A DNA stretch of 64,000 nt from Candidatus Multivorans sp. (GTDB lineage Bacteria; Acidobacteriota; Thermoanaerobaculia; Multivoradales; Multivoraceae): positions 3,296,001 through 3,360,000 of the forward strand of contig OZ245033.1 of NCBI GenBank assembly GCA_965224025.1. Reading direction: 5' to 3'. The notes under the pieces are model-generated. The model made no database searches, was not told the DNA's origin, and saw only the letters and a list, made by a program, of their open reading frames with translations. Positions 1 through 11,303 of this stretch are shown here, piece by piece. How positions within the stretch are numbered: the first letter of the stretch is position 1; each line of letters starts with the position of its first letter. Both the position numbers and the translations under genes were made by a program.

Positions 1-280
1 GCCGCAGGCGACGGATCAGCCGGTAGCGCCCGGCGGTGTCCGCGCCCTCTTCCGCTTCCAGGAGTTCGGCGATCCGCTGTGCGAGACGCCGCTTCTCGAG
101 GCTGGTCGTGCCCTCGCGCTGCAACTCTCGCTGCAGTTGCTCCACCCGCCTGTAGGCCCGGTCGAAGTCGAGTCCGGCAGCGTAGAGGCTACGCGCAAGC
201 AGTCCGCGGGAGAACGGCTGCGCTTCGCCGTGGTAGGTGATCCGGATCGGGCGCTCGGGACCACCCTCGGCGGCGATCAG
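1..280 (-). CDS. 2-phosphoglycerate kinase-like protein, N-terminal ATP-cone region (partial, runs off left edge)
   Basis: Not in ORF track. Hand translation from CTG at 280: LIAAEGGPERPIRITYHGEAQPFSRGLLARSLYAAGLDFDRAYRRVEQLQ...AGRYRLIRRLR. PFSRGLLARSL matches the ATP-cone of 2PG kinases; GGGAGG SD just upstream; CTGA overlap with the nqrM stop. Confidence 0.6.
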   Translation of the reverse strand, partial: MIAAEGGPERPIRITYHGEAQPFSRGLLARSLYAAGLDFDRAYRRVEQLQRELQREGTTSLEKRRLAQRIAELLEAEEGADTAGRYRLIRRLR

Positions 281-459
281 GTTTCCTCCCGCGTGCGTCG
301 CAGCGGACAACTTGCGCAACTGAGGGGCTCCCCGTCGGGTCCGAGGACGTCCGGGCCGCCGCAGGAACCGCGCAGGCAGCGGCCGCTCAGCAACACGCCG
401 ACCGACATGAGGACCACGCAAGCGGCGATGACGGTTATGGTCAGGAACAGGATCGCCAT
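277..459 (-). CDS. nqrM: Na+-NQR maturation factor NqrM (DUF539)
   Basis: 60 aa, N-terminal TM helix, LRGSCGG and CxxC Cys motifs, downstream of nqr/apbE. Confidence 0.85.
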   Translation of the reverse strand: MAILFLTITVIAACVVLMSVGVLLSGRCLRGSCGGPDVLGPDGEPLSCASCPLRRTREET

Positions 460-571
460 GGCTCGAAGCGGAGTCTACCGGTCGCGCAACGGGCGGTCGG
501 CGCCCGCCGGTCCGCGGTCCCGGGATAGATCCCAGCGCCTGTTCGCGTTTCTGGAAGAGGATGAGGGACCC

Positions 572-1343
572 TCAGGGGCCCTGCGAGTTGGCTCCTGGGC
601 TGGTCCCGCAGCCTGTCCAGCCGTTCTCGCGCCAACACCGCTGCATTGCATTCAAGTGGGCTTGGCAATGGGGATTGACTCTCGGATCCGTGCTTTGTCC
701 ATCGCAGGCGTCGTACCAACGGTGCTGGTGTTCTTCGCAACCTCGGACGTGTCGCGACTTGACGCATAGTGCCTGCAACATCGGATGTGCCGCCCAGATC
801 GAAGCAAAGTGATCCTCAGTCAACTCAGACCTCGGTGGACTCTCCCGGCAATCCTTGTCGGTCCCAACTTTCGCCATCGCCGTCTTCATGGACGGCCTGG
901 AGGATTTTTCCCGGTTCGGTCTCGGCGTCGAGGTTCTCAAGTGTCTTCTCGAATCTCTGGCGGTCGAGTCTTCTCTTGATGCGCAGCATCTCGTAGAGCT
1001 GCATCGTACGCTTGTCGTCGCCAATAGCCACGAAGGCTTCCAGTTCGGAGCGAATGGCGGAGAGTTGTGGCGGATCACTGAGAGCGGCCTCAACCGCTTC
1101 TCGGTCTCGGTGCCCAAACCGTAGCGCCTCGTGGAAGTCGAGTAGTTCGGTAGCTTGCATCCGGTCCAGTTCTTGAAAGAGTCGATGCCGTGCGGCAATC
1201 GGATCTTCAAGTTCCGGCAGCAGAGCCGGACGGGACAACTCCATGACCGGAGTAGGAAGCTCCGTGGTGGGCTGGGTGCCAGAAAGTGAAGCGCCAAATG
1301 TCAAGACGAGCATCGCTCCGACGATGGGCAGAAGTCGTGTCAT
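572..1343 (-). CDS. Orphan secreted protein with helical N-domain and Cys/His-rich C-domain, split by a +1 frameshift at ~863-865
   Basis: Signal peptide MTRLLPIVGAMLVLTFGASLS (ATG 1343, GGAG SD). Frame 825..1361 joins frame 572..1297 at TGG(G)ACC giving W-TDKDCRESP. Homologous to 40299..41104. Confidence 0.65.
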
Positions 1344-1388
1344 GCAGGAGTCTCCGTTCATGAACGGACCGGCAGATCCTACAGGAGA

Positions 1389-2516
1389 CTACCGTCGCCA
1401 GGGAGCGAAGCCAGTCACCGTCCCGAACCGCGCGTGGAAGGCGGTGCTGGGAAGTTCTTCCAGGGAGTTCCCGCGGTAGACGAAGAGGAGGGCGGCGATG
1501 TCGTTCTCGTTCGCCCAGCGCAGGCCTTCCTGGGGACCCAGGACGATCAGGGCGGTGGCGTAGGCGTCGGCCACGGCGCAGCTCTCGTGGAGCACGCTGG
1601 CCGAGGCGAGGGCGTGTTCCACTGGCCGGCCGGTCCGGGGATCGATCGTGTGGGAGTAGCGGACGCCGTCCCGTTCCCAGTAGTTCCGGTAGTCGCCAGA
1701 GGTGGCCAGGGATCCGTCGGTGAAGGAGAGGACTTTCCGCAGGCTGGCCTCCATGTCGTCCCCCGTGGCGGGAGGTGAGGCGGTTGACCCGGGATCGGTC
1801 GAGCGAGCCGACGGACGTTCGATCGCAATGCGCCACGGGTCGCCGGTACGACTGTGGCCGGCGGTGCGTACTTCGCCGCCGATCTCGACCAGGTGGTTGG
1901 CGTAGCCGGCGTTGGTCAGGTCCTCGGAGACCCGGTCCACGGCCCAGCCCTTGGCGACGGCCGAGAGATCGAGCGCGGCGCCGGGATGGAGCTTGACAAG
2001 TCGTCGGTCGGCGGGCGACGGCTCGATTGCGCCCACGGCCTTCGCCAACTCGGTCAGGCGATCCTCGCCTGGAGGGATCGGTTCTGCGTCTCGTCCCGGC
2101 GCGCCGAACCCCCAGGCGTCGACCAGTGGCCCCACCGTGGGATCGAACGCGCCGCCGCTCTCTTCGCGCACTCGCCAGGCAAGCTCCAGAACCGCCCAGG
2201 TGTCCTTCGAGAAGACGAACGACTCCCCGGCCGCCAGCCGATTGAAGCGGGAGAGCTCCGAGTCGTCGCGCCAGGTCGACATCGCCCGGTCCACCGCATC
2301 CAGCCGTTGCTCGACGAGGCCCTGGATCGCCTCGCGATCGCCGGTCTCCGCGATGACGCGAACCCGGTAGTGGGTCCCCATCGTCGGCCCCTGGAGCACG
2401 ATTTCTTCGTGTGCCTGCGCACAGCCCAGGACCAGGCCGGCCAGGACCACGAGCGGCGTCCAACGGCACCTGGGACCCCTCCCACCGGGCCCGAGCCTGG
2501 CGGGTGCTGGGTACAC
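1389..2516 (-). CDS. apbE: FAD:protein FMN transferase ApbE
   Basis: TMGT, SELSRFN, GAFDPTVGPL, LDLSAVAKG, EIGGE, ATSGDYRNY, YSHTIDPRTG, ADAYATAL motifs; lipobox-like LGC; true start may be slightly downstream. Confidence 0.95.
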   Translation of the reverse strand: MYPAPARLGPGGRGPRCRWTPLVVLAGLVLGCAQAHEEIVLQGPTMGTHYRVRVIAETGDREAIQGLVEQRLDAVDRAMSTWRDDSELSRFNRLAAGESFVFSKDTWAVLELAWRVREESGGAFDPTVGPLVDAWGFGAPGRDAEPIPPGEDRLTELAKAVGAIEPSPADRRLVKLHPGAALDLSAVAKGWAVDRVSEDLTNAGYANHLVEIGGEVRTAGHSRTGDPWRIAIERPSARSTDPGSTASPPATGDDMEASLRKVLSFTDGSLATSGDYRNYWERDGVRYSHTIDPRTGRPVEHALASASVLHESCAVADAYATALIVLGPQEGLRWANENDIAALLFVYRGNSLEELPSTAFHARFGTVTGFAPWRR

Positions 2517-2532
2517 CCAGCCGCGCAGCCGC

Positions 2533-3753
2533 CTAGCCGAAGTCGTCGAAGGCGATGTTCTCAGGCTCGACTCCCAGGTCGTCGAGCATCTTCATGCAGG
2601 CCTGGAGCATCAGCGGCGGTCCGCAGAGGTAGTACTCGACGTCTTCCGGACAGGGGTGGTCCTTCAGGTAGTTGTCGTACAGGACCTGGTGGATGAATCC
2701 GGTGTAGCCCTCCCAGTGATCCTCTTCGAGCGGGTCGGAGAGCGCGAGATGCCAGGTGAAGTTCGGGTTCTCGGCCGCGATGCGGTCGAAGTGATCGGTG
2801 TAGAAGGCTTCGCGGTAGGAGCGGGCGCCGTACCAGAAGGACACCTTGCGGTCGGTGTGGAGCCGCTGGAACTGGTCGAAGATGTGGGAGCGCATGGGCG
2901 CCATGCCGGCGCCGCCGCCGACGAACACCATCTCGGCATCGGTCTCCTTGGCGAAGAACTCGCCGAAGGGGCCGGCGATCGTCACGTCGTCGCCCGGATT
3001 CAGGTCGAAGATGTAGGACGACATCTGACCGGGCGGAAGGTCCATCTCGCGCGGCGGCGGCGTCGCCACCCGGACGTTCAACATGATGATGCCCTTCTCC
3101 TCCGGGTAGTTCGCCATCGAGTAGGCGCGGACCACGGTCTCGTCGACCCTGGAGACCAGGTTCCAGAGCTTGAAGCGGTCCCAGTCCTCGTGGTAGTCGT
3201 CCTCGATCTGGAAGTTGCTGTAGTTCGCCACGTGCGGAGGGCACTCGATCTGGATGTAGCCGCCGGCTTGAAAGGGCACCTCTTCGCCGGCCGGCAGCTC
3301 GAGGATCAGCTCCTTGATAAACGTGGCGACGTTCTCATTCGAGCGCACGGTGCACTGCCACTTCTTGACTCCGAAGATCTCGGCGGGGACCGCGATCTTC
3401 ATGTCCTCCTTGATCTTCACCTGGCAGCTCAGGCGGCAGCCCTCGCGGGCCTCGCGGCGGCTGATGTGGGTCTTCTCGGTCGGCAGCATCGCGCCGCCGC
3501 CGTCGAGCACGTCGACGGTGCACACGCCGCAGGTGCCCTGTCCGCCGCAGGCCGAGGGGATGAAGATCTGGTGCTCGGCGAGCGTGTTGAGCAGGGTGCC
3601 GCCGGTCGTGGAGGTCAGCGTCTTCTCGTCGTTGATCAGGATCGAGACCTCGTCGCCGGCGACCAGACGGGCCTTGGCCTGCATCAGGATCAGGACGAGA
3701 GCCAGGTTGACGACCGTGAACATCACCACCCCGAGCAGGGCTTCGGTGATCAC
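2533..3753 (-). CDS. nqrF: Na+-translocating NADH:quinone reductase subunit F
   Basis: [12 protein letters not shown]...RLSCQ [2Fe-2S], [28 protein letters not shown], terminal FDDFG. Confidence 0.97.
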   Translation of the reverse strand: MITEALLGVVMFTVVNLALVLILMQAKARLVAGDEVSILINDEKTLTSTTGGTLLNTLAEHQIFIPSACGGQGTCGVCTVDVLDGGGAMLPTEKTHISRREAREGCRLSCQVKIKEDMKIAVPAEIFGVKKWQCTVRSNENVATFIKELILELPAGEEVPFQAGGYIQIECPPHVANYSNFQIEDDYHEDWDRFKLWNLVSRVDETVVRAYSMANYPEEKGIIMLNVRVATPPPREMDLPPGQMSSYIFDLNPGDDVTIAGPFGEFFAKETDAEMVFVGGGAGMAPMRSHIFDQFQRLHTDRKVSFWYGARSYREAFYTDHFDRIAAENPNFTWHLALSDPLEEDHWEGYTGFIHQVLYDNYLKDHPCPEDVEYYLCGPPLMLQACMKMLDDLGVEPENIAFDDFG

Positions 3754-4367
3754 AGTTGGATGCCTCCGAAGGCCATGAAGCCGAAGGCCATCAGTCCGGT
3801 GATGACGAACGTCATGCCCAGGCCGCGCAGGCCGTGGGGCACGTTGCTGTAGCGCAGGCGCTCGCGGATCGACGCCAGGGAGACGATGGCCAGGAACCAG
3901 CCGATGCCGGAGCCGAAGCCGAAGACCACGCTCTCGCCGAAGTCGTAGTCACGCTCGACCATGAACAGCGAGCCGCCCAGGATCGCGCAGTTCACCGCGA
4001 TCAGGGGCAGGAAGATGCCCAGGGTGGCGTGGAGCGCCGGGAAGAAGCGGTCGGTCGTCATCTCCACGAGCTGGACCATCGCGGCGATCGTGCCGATGAA
4101 GCAGAGCAAGTTCAGGAAGGTCAGGTCGACATCGGCGAACTCAGGGCTGATCCACGAAAGAGCTCCTTCGCTCAGGAGGTGGGTCTGAATCAGGTTGTTG
4201 GCCGGCACGGTGACGGTGAGCACGAAGATGACCGCCAGACCGAGCCCGACCGCGGTCTCGACCTTCTTCGACACCGCCAGGAACGAGCACATCCCGAGAA
4301 AGAAGGTCAGCGCCATGTTCTCGACGAAGATGGCCTTGACCGCGAGGTTGAGGTATTCCTCGAACAT
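3750..4367 (-). CDS. nqrE: Na+-NQR subunit E
   Basis: [34 protein letters not shown]. Confidence 0.97.
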   Translation of the reverse strand: MFEEYLNLAVKAIFVENMALTFFLGMCSFLAVSKKVETAVGLGLAVIFVLTVTVPANNLIQTHLLSEGALSWISPEFADVDLTFLNLLCFIGTIAAMVQLVEMTTDRFFPALHATLGIFLPLIAVNCAILGGSLFMVERDYDFGESVVFGFGSGIGWFLAIVSLASIRERLRYSNVPHGLRGLGMTFVITGLMAFGFMAFGGIQL

Positions 4368-4382
4368 CGTTTCGAACCCCCT

Positions 4383-5009
4383 TTACCCGTCCATCTCGAC
4401 CTGGGCGGGCTTCCAGACGCGGAGCGCCCAGATCAATCCGCCGATGATGAAGAAGGCGGCCGGCGACAGCAGCATCAGGCCGTTCGGCAGGTACCAGCCG
4501 CCCTCCGACACCGTGGGCAGGATGGAGTAGCCGTACAGCTTCCCGGAGCCGAACAGTTCCCTCAGCACCGCCGTGGCCATCAGGATCGCGCTGTAGCCGA
4601 GACCGTTGCCGATGCCGTCGAGGATCGCCAGCGAGGGCGGGTTCTGCATCGCGAACGCCTCGGCCCGGCCCATGATGATGCAGTTCGTGATGATCAGCCC
4701 CACGAACACCGAGAGCTGCTTGCTGATCTCGTACACGTAGGCCTTCAGGATCTGGTCGGTGACGATGACGAGCGAGGCGATCACGGTCAACTGGACGATG
4801 ATCCGGATGCTGTTCGGGATCTGGTGGCGGAGCAGGCTGACCGTGAGGTTGGAGAGGGTGAGCACGCAGACGACCGCCACGCACATGACGAGCGACGTTT
4901 CCATCTTCGTGGTCACCGCGAGCGCCGAGCAGATGCCGAGCACCTGGAGCGCGATCGGGTTGTTGTTCCAGAGCGGATCGAGCGCCGCTTCGCTCTTCTT
5001 GACTGCCAT
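4383..5009 (-). CDS. nqrD: Na+-NQR subunit D
   Basis: [38 protein letters not shown]; start moved to ATG 5009 overlapping the nqrC stop. Confidence 0.97.
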   Translation of the reverse strand: MAVKKSEAALDPLWNNNPIALQVLGICSALAVTTKMETSLVMCVAVVCVLTLSNLTVSLLRHQIPNSIRIIVQLTVIASLVIVTDQILKAYVYEISKQLSVFVGLIITNCIIMGRAEAFAMQNPPSLAILDGIGNGLGYSAILMATAVLRELFGSGKLYGYSILPTVSEGGWYLPNGLMLLSPAAFFIIGGLIWALRVWKPAQVEMDG

Positions 5010-5791
5010 CAGTTCGCCTCCGCCCGGATTCGGGCGAGATACGGCTCGAAGCCGTTCTCGCCGAGCCAGAAGTTGAGCATGTTCGTCACTCCATTGCTCG
5101 TGATCGTCGCGCCGCTCAGACCGTCGACGCGGAAGGGGTCCTCTTCCGCACTGGCGGCCTGACCCTTGATCACCGCCAGTTGGAACTCGCCGTTCGCGTC
5201 GAACGCGCGGCGTCCCTGCCACCGCGCCTTCCAGCGCGGGTTGTCCACCTCGCCGCCCAGCCCCGGCGTTTCCTTGTGCAGGTAGTAGGTGATGCCGCGC
5301 ACGGTCGTCGCGTCCGCGTCGAGCGCCAGGAAGCCGTAGAGGGTGCCCCAGAGCCCCAGGCCCTCGATCGGCAGCACGATCATCTCGAGTTCGCCGTCGT
5401 CGCCCCTCACCTCGTAGAGCAGGGCCTGATCGGGAAGGCGCTTGACGCTGGCCTTGTTCTTCGGAAGCTCGACGCTGGTGGAAGGATTCCGGGCTCGCCG
5501 CTGCTGATCGAACGTTGCCGTGTCGGCGTCGGTCTGCGCTTCGCCGGTCGCGAGGTCGATGATCACCGGTTTGACCGGTTCGAAACGCTCGGCCACCTCT
5601 TCCGGCGTCACCCGCTCGCCGGGCTGGAGCAGGCCCACCGCCTCCAGCACGCGCTTCTGCTTGTCGAGCGCGGCGTTCTCATCCTGGCGCGGCTCCAGGC
5701 TGACCGCGAAAGAGGACACGAGAATGCCGCAGACGATGCATATCGCCATCGCGAACAGGAGGATGTAGCCGGTGGCCTGTCGGTCTGCCAT
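5009..5791 (-). CDS. nqrC: Na+-NQR subunit C
   Basis: [24 protein letters not shown] (FMN-Thr motif). Confidence 0.97.
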   Translation of the reverse strand: MADRQATGYILLFAMAICIVCGILVSSFAVSLEPRQDENAALDKQKRVLEAVGLLQPGERVTPEEVAERFEPVKPVIIDLATGEAQTDADTATFDQQRRARNPSTSVELPKNKASVKRLPDQALLYEVRGDDGELEMIVLPIEGLGLWGTLYGFLALDADATTVRGITYYLHKETPGLGGEVDNPRWKARWQGRRAFDANGEFQLAVIKGQAASAEEDPFRVDGLSGATITSNGVTNMLNFWLGENGFEPYLARIRAEAN

Positions 5792-5814
5792 TCGAGTATT
5801 GCCGGTCGGGAACT

Positions 5815-7143
5815 CTACTGAGCGTAACGTGCCTTTCGGCGCTTGACGTTCGCCTTGAGCACGTAGTGGTCGATCAGGGGCGCGAACAGGTTCATGAACA
5901 GGATGCCGAGCATCACGCCTTCCGGGAAGGCGGGGTTCACGGTGCGGATCAGGATCGCCAGCACGCCGACCAGGAAGCCGTAGATGTACCGGCCGCGGTT
6001 CGTCTGCGCCGCGCTCACCGGATCGGTGGCCATAAACACCATCCCGAAGGCCCAGCCGCCGAGCACGACATGCCAGTGGAAGGGCACGGAGAGCATCGGA
6101 TTCGTCGTCGACACGACCAGGTTGAGCAGCAGGGAGATGGCCAGCGAGCCGGCGGTGGCGGCGACCATGATGCGCCAGGAGCCGATGCCGGTGGCAATCA
6201 GGATCGCGGCGCCGATCAGGCAGGCGAGGGTCGAGGTCTCGCCCATCGAACCCGGGATGTCGCCCAGGAAGGCCTGCATCCAGGACACGTCGCCCGTGAT
6301 CGCGTCCAGGCCGTTCAACGCGGCGGTGCCCGCTTCCGGGACAGCTTCCTGTGCAGCGACGGCGTCGAGGGTGGTGGAGCTTGAATCGGCGGCGCTCGAG
6401 CCTTCATCGGCCTCATGCACCGCGATGGCGCCGAGCGCCGTGGCGCCGCTGTACCCGTCGGGGGGGGCCGAGGTGCCCGCCGCGATCCATACCGCGTCGC
6501 CCGAGATCTGGGCCGGATAGGCGAAGAACAGGAACACGCGCGCGGTAAGCGCCGGGTTCAGCACGTTGTAGCCGGTGCCGCCGAAGATCTCCTTGCCCAC
6601 CACGACGCCGAAGGTGATGCCGATCGCGACCTGCCAGAGCGGGATGGTCGGCGGCAGCACCAGCGGAAAGAGCATGCCCGTGACCAGGAAGCCCTCGTTG
6701 ATGTCGTGGCGGCGGACGACCGCGAACAGCCCCTCCCAGGCGCCGCCGACGGCGAAGGTCACGATCAGGACCGGCAGGTAGTAGAGCGCGCCGTGGACCG
6801 AGTTGGCGAGCACGCTGCTCGCGTCGAACGGCAGCCCCAGCATCTCCATCGCGTCGGTGCGCCAGTTGGGCAGGGCCGTGGCGCCGCCCGCGATCGCCAG
6901 GTGGATCTGCCGTCCCGTGTTGAACATGGCCATCAGCACGCAGGGCACCAGCGCGACGACGACCGTCATCATCAGGCGCTTCAGGTCCAACGCGTCACGC
7001 ACGTGCGCGGCGCCGGCGGTCGTCTTGCCGGGCGTGTACAGGAAGGTGTCGGGCGCTTCGTAGAGAGGGTAGAAGCGCTCGAACCTGCCGCCGCGCTCGA
7101 AGTGGCGGGCCTGGCGGTCGAGGATTTTGCGCAGGAACTTCAT
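5815..7143 (-). CDS. nqrB: Na+-NQR subunit B
   Basis: [38 protein letters not shown] (FMN-Thr), [15 protein letters not shown]; start ATG 7143 (MKFLRK). Confidence 0.97.
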   Translation of the reverse strand: MKFLRKILDRQARHFERGGRFERFYPLYEAPDTFLYTPGKTTAGAAHVRDALDLKRLMMTVVVALVPCVLMAMFNTGRQIHLAIAGGATALPNWRTDAMEMLGLPFDASSVLANSVHGALYYLPVLIVTFAVGGAWEGLFAVVRRHDINEGFLVTGMLFPLVLPPTIPLWQVAIGITFGVVVGKEIFGGTGYNVLNPALTARVFLFFAYPAQISGDAVWIAAGTSAPPDGYSGATALGAIAVHEADEGSSAADSSSTTLDAVAAQEAVPEAGTAALNGLDAITGDVSWMQAFLGDIPGSMGETSTLACLIGAAILIATGIGSWRIMVAATAGSLAISLLLNLVVSTTNPMLSVPFHWHVVLGGWAFGMVFMATDPVSAAQTNRGRYIYGFLVGVLAILIRTVNPAFPEGVMLGILFMNLFAPLIDHYVLKANVKRRKARYAQ

Positions 7144-7157
7144 TGCCGGGGTCGGCC

Positions 7158-8567
7158 CTAGCCTTCCTTCTCGATCAGTTCGAGCGCGTCGCGCAGGTAG
7201 GGGCCGTACTCGGTCTTGCCGGGGCACACGAAGGTGCAGAGCGCCAGATCCTCCTCCAGCAGCTCCAGGCAGCCGAGTTCCTCGGCGCGCTCGATATCGC
7301 CGGCCACCAGCGACTTGAGCAGGAAGCTCGGCTGCAGGTCCCACGGGAAGACGTTCTCGTAGAGGCCGATCGGCACGATCGCGCGCGGCGAGCCCCAGGT
7401 CGTCGTGGTCATGGCGAAGGACCGCCGCGGCAGCAGGGAGGAGGCGAAGGCGCGGGCGCGCGAAAAGGCGCCGAACCCCGGCAGCAGCCAGCCCAGGAAG
7501 CGGCGGCTGTGGTCGTCCTCGAGTGCTGAAACCGTGTCGTGGAAGCGGCCGAGATAGCCGTGAAGTTCCGCCGGCGCTCCTTCGCCGATCGCGGTGCGCC
7601 CGCTCAGTGGCGAGCCGGTGACGACGCGTACGTCGGCGTCGATACCGGTCTCGTCCGCCGCTTCGACCTCGCCTCGCACAAGGTCGGCGAGCGAGGCGCC
7701 GAGCCGGGTGCGCAGCAGTCGCGGCGTGCGCACCGGCGGACCCGCCAGGGCGACGATGCGCGCCACGTCGGGCTCGCCGGTCGCGAACAGGCGGCCGATC
7801 GCCAGGGTGTCCTGAAGTCCGATCTGCCAGACGAGCTTGCCGCGGTCGACCGGGTCCAGTGTGTGGATGTGCAGGCCGGGGGCGCCGGCCGGGTGGGGGC
7901 CGACGAACTCCTCGATCCTCACCTGGCCGCTGGTCTCGACGGCCGCGAGCGTTCCGGGTGCGCGGCAGAGGTAGACCGGGCCGTCCGTCAGCCGGGCCAG
8001 GGCCGCGAGACCCCGTTCCAGGTCACCGGCGCGTCCTTCGGCGATCCGGTCCGCGTCGGGCGCGAAGGGTTCGCTGTTCATCGCGGTCACGAAGATCGAC
8101 TTGGGCTGCGACCCGGGAGCGGCGGTGCGCCCGAACGGACGCGCCCGCAGGGCGGTCCAGTCGCCGGACTCGACCAGCAGCGCCTCCGCCTCCTCGCGGG
8201 AGAGAGCGCTCGGGTGCCTCCCCGTGTAGCTCGCGAAGTCGACCTGGGCGCCGCCGGATGCCGCCTGGTCCGAGGGATCCACCCGCACGACGACCGAGAT
8301 CAGGGCTCGCTTGGCGCCCCGGTTCACTGCCGAGACCGTTCCGGCGGCGGGCGAGGTGAAGCGGACGCCGGGCTGCTTGCGGTCCTCGAACAGGAGTTGT
8401 CCGCGCCGTACCCCGTCGCCCGGCGACACATGCATCGCCGGCTTCATGCCCGGGTAGTCGGCGGCGACGACCGCGACCGCAGACGGTACCGCGGCATCGC
8501 CAAGCGTCTGCTCGGGACCGCCGGCAATGGGCAGGCTCAATCCCCGCCTGAAACGGTGCGTGCCCAT
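7158..8567 (-). CDS. nqrA: Na+-NQR subunit A
   Basis: [44 protein letters not shown]. Confidence 0.96.
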   Translation of the reverse strand: MGTHRFRRGLSLPIAGGPEQTLGDAAVPSAVAVVAADYPGMKPAMHVSPGDGVRRGQLLFEDRKQPGVRFTSPAAGTVSAVNRGAKRALISVVVRVDPSDQAASGGAQVDFASYTGRHPSALSREEAEALLVESGDWTALRARPFGRTAAPGSQPKSIFVTAMNSEPFAPDADRIAEGRAGDLERGLAALARLTDGPVYLCRAPGTLAAVETSGQVRIEEFVGPHPAGAPGLHIHTLDPVDRGKLVWQIGLQDTLAIGRLFATGEPDVARIVALAGPPVRTPRLLRTRLGASLADLVRGEVEAADETGIDADVRVVTGSPLSGRTAIGEGAPAELHGYLGRFHDTVSALEDDHSRRFLGWLLPGFGAFSRARAFASSLLPRRSFAMTTTTWGSPRAIVPIGLYENVFPWDLQPSFLLKSLVAGDIERAEELGCLELLEEDLALCTFVCPGKTEYGPYLRDALELIEKEG

Positions 8568-8726
8568 CCAATCGTGACGTGCTCTATTCCGGCGATCGAG
8601 CTCTAGTCCGGCGAGCGAGGGCGAATCGGTACGCGTCGCTCGGCCAGTAAGGGACTATTCCACAACGGTGGGGGATCGGCAACAAGGGGGCTCGGGTCGG
8701 GAGAGTCGTTCGACTCACCGTCCAGC

Positions 8727-9020
8727 GTGCAGCGCGATGCCGAAGGCCGCAGGCAGCTCGTTCTGCAGGCCGACGAGGCGATCTACCTCCATCCGTCTCG
8801 GGATCGTCCATCTGGCCTGTACGTCGACGTAGGTAGCGACTCGTTGCCCGACGTCGTCCTCGAAGTCGACTTCTCCACGGACGTTCGCCGCGGCCGTTGT
8901 GGCCGCGCCGGCAAGCTCGCCGACTACGCGGCTTGGGGGCTGCGGGAGATCTGGGTCGAAGTGCCCGACACGGTGAGATCCACGGGTCGCCGCCGGCCCG
9001 GTCTGACCATCTTCCTGCAT
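8727..9020 (+). pseudogene. Truncated Uma2-family (DUF820) endonuclease fragment
   Basis: LQADEAIYLHP...PDVVLEVDFSTDVRR..KLADYAAWGLREIWVEVPD...RRPGLTI parallels the central part of the downstream gene; both termini are missing. Confidence 0.7.
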
Positions 9021-9078
9021 CGCGGGGCGTGGGCGCACGGGACACTGCCTTGCAGGTCCGCCTTGATAGCATCGCTCC

Positions 9079-10080
9079 ATGGATGCTCCGGCAGGCTCGA
9101 CGGCAGCCGCGAACCTCCTGACGGATCATGATCGGACCGGCGGTCTCCTCGGCGGGTGGCTCCGCGCGTACTACGGCTGCGAGACCGTGCCGATGACGGT
9201 GGCGGAGTACGACGACGAGGAGAACGAAGGGCGCCGCGTCGAGTGCTGGGATTCGGTCACGGAGACGGCGCAAATCCTGTGCGAGGGCGCCACCCTGCAG
9301 CACGAAGTAGCGGCGACCCGGTTGGTGCAACTGGTCCGGTCGATCGCCTACGCCCGAGGCTCGGCGATCGTTTCGGCCGGTTCCACTGACATCGTCTCGC
9401 GGAACGACGAGGGTCAGAGGTTCTGCCTGGAAGCCGACGCGACGATCTACCTGCATCCCGGGCGGGATCTGCCGGCCGGCCGATACATCGAGGTCGCGAG
9501 CGATGCGCTTCCGGACCTCGTCCTCGAGGTCGATCACACCACGAACGTGCGCCATCGCCGCCGGCGCGGCCAGCGGAGCAAGCTGGACGATTACGCCGCG
9601 CTCGGTATCCCGGAGTTGTGGGTCGAAGTGCCCGACTCATCCAGGACCCGCGGCCGGCGCCGACCCGGCCTGAGCATTCTGCTGTTGGAAGGCGATGGGT
9701 ACCAAGCGTCGTCGGCGAGCCGGGCGTTTGCGGGCTGGACAGCCGCGGAGATCCACAGCGCCCTGAACGAGCGGGAAGAGTCCGCCGAGACGGCCTCCGT
9801 CCTGCGACGGGTGGGCCGGACGATGGGCGCCGCCGAAGGCACCGGGCCGGACGACGATCCGTTCCTTCGGCAGGAGCGCAGGGAAGCCGCCGCGAACCTC
9901 GTCCGCGCGGCGGTTTCCGAGGCGTTCGTTTCGCGCGGCATCCCGGTTTCGGACGCGTTGAAGCAATGGCTCGTAGGATCCGAGAATCCGTCCGATCCGG
10001 CAGGGGTGATTCGACTCGCGTTCACTTGCCGGGATGCGGACGAGTTTCTGAAGAGGGTCGAAGCAGCGAAACGCGGCTGA
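9079..10080 (+). CDS. Uma2-family (PD-(D/E)XK-like) endonuclease
   Basis: EADATIYL, PDLVLEVDHT, KLDDYAALGIPELW. Confidence 0.85.
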   Translation: MDAPAGSTAAANLLTDHDRTGGLLGGWLRAYYGCETVPMTVAEYDDEENEGRRVECWDSVTETAQILCEGATLQHEVAATRLVQLVRSIAYARGSAIVSAGSTDIVSRNDEGQRFCLEADATIYLHPGRDLPAGRYIEVASDALPDLVLEVDHTTNVRHRRRRGQRSKLDDYAALGIPELWVEVPDSSRTRGRRRPGLSILLLEGDGYQASSASRAFAGWTAAEIHSALNEREESAETASVLRRVGRTMGAAEGTGPDDDPFLRQERREAAANLVRAAVSEAFVSRGIPVSDALKQWLVGSENPSDPAGVIRLAFTCRDADEFLKRVEAAKRG

Positions 10081-10172
10081 TTGGCCGGGACCGGCGCTCC
10101 GGGGACTGAGAGCTTTCCCGCGCGGGCTGGAGCCCGCGAAGAGCGGGGCTCGGGACGGCGACGATCTCGGGG

Positions 10173-11279
10173 CTATGCTCCCAGCAGCACCGGATGAAGT
10201 GCTTCCCTTGGCTTCAGGGGCTTGATGTGGGCAAGCTTGTTTCGAGCCGCTCGCAACCGCCTCGCCTCGCCCATGACCTTCCCGTTCGGGGGTCCGTGTA
10301 GCTGGAAGTAGTAGAGCAATGGGCCGAGTTCCAGGTCATCCGCTTCCTCAAAGCGCCCCAGTTCGGTCTCGAACGGCAGCTTGAAGTGGGTCCGGTGGCG
10401 GTCGATCAACTCCACCCGCCGCTCCTCCAGCAACGGCATGAGCACGGAGGCTTGCGCTGCCCACAGCCTGCGATCCAGTTCCGCCTCGCGACCCTGGATC
10501 GCCAGCAGCGCGGAATGGACGACCGGCCGACTCCGCGGTCCGTCGACCGTGCCGACTTCCCAGTCCTCGACTGTCTCGGCGATCCAGCCTCGGCCCTTCG
10601 CGTAGCTCTTGAGGATCGCCCAGGGCTGCAGGGCGCTCTGCAGGTCGGTCTCCAGCATCTGCTCGGCCAAGGAATGATCCCACTGCGAAACGTGAGCCAC
10701 CGAGTTCGCCCGGAGGGCGCGGCTCATTCGATGGCGGGAGGAGCCACGACTATCCTCGTGTTGTAGCGCCATTACGTAGAGATCGTCGCGGTGAACCACA
10801 TCCCGGAACTTCCGATGGGTTACCGCCACATCCGACAGGTCGGGTTGCTGGAAACCCGCGCCCTGGAGCGGTACGACGAGCGCCGTGCGTCGGTCTTCGG
10901 GCACGTGATTCCGGCTGGCGTCGGAGTAGGCCAGCAGAAAAGTCCTCCAGGCGGGCCAGCTTTCCGGCGAAACGCCGCTCACCCAGATCAGCCGCTCTTG
11001 GAAGTGCTTTAGGCGGACGAGGTCCGCCACGCTCGCGACCTTTGTTTCCTGCCCCTGTGATGGGAGCACCCGGCGAATGGCCGCAAGAGGGGGAGCCTCT
11101 AGCCCGGCGTCGAGTTCCGACCACCGGAAACCCCAGTGACAGTGCCGTTCGAGTTCTTCGGCGAGACCGTCGGGAATGGCGCTGCCACAGTGGACAACTA
11201 CGCTGGAGCCGTTCCGAAGCTCGTCACCGATGGAGCGGACGAATCGGGCCGGGCCCGGGAGCTGCCAGAGAGACTGCAT
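10173..11279 (-). CDS. Protein with degenerate P-loop-like N-terminus and C-terminal HEPN-type RNase motif
   Basis: C-terminal LELGPL...RLRAARNKLAH (R-x4-H, nt 10227-10244); N-terminal SVVV and RLIWVSG strands without GK[ST]; 24 bp downstream of the giant NTPase. Confidence 0.7.
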   Translation of the reverse strand: MQSLWQLPGPARFVRSIGDELRNGSSVVVHCGSAIPDGLAEELERHCHWGFRWSELDAGLEAPPLAAIRRVLPSQGQETKVASVADLVRLKHFQERLIWVSGVSPESWPAWRTFLLAYSDASRNHVPEDRRTALVVPLQGAGFQQPDLSDVAVTHRKFRDVVHRDDLYVMALQHEDSRGSSRHRMSRALRANSVAHVSQWDHSLAEQMLETDLQSALQPWAILKSYAKGRGWIAETVEDWEVGTVDGPRSRPVVHSALLAIQGREAELDRRLWAAQASVLMPLLEERRVELIDRHRTHFKLPFETELGRFEEADDLELGPLLYYFQLHGPPNGKVMGEARRLRAARNKLAHIKPLKPREALHPVLLGA

Positions 11280-11303
11280 GGGCCTCTCAGTTCCCTGCCG
11301 AAC

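Noticed and set aside
880-912. G_GGA_AAA heptamer followed by a GCCGTC/GACGGC hairpin in orphan gene 1 as a -1 frameshift site
   Set aside because: The -1 frame hits TGA within a few codons, and homology to the paralogue places the break later, at TGG(G)ACC in the +1 direction
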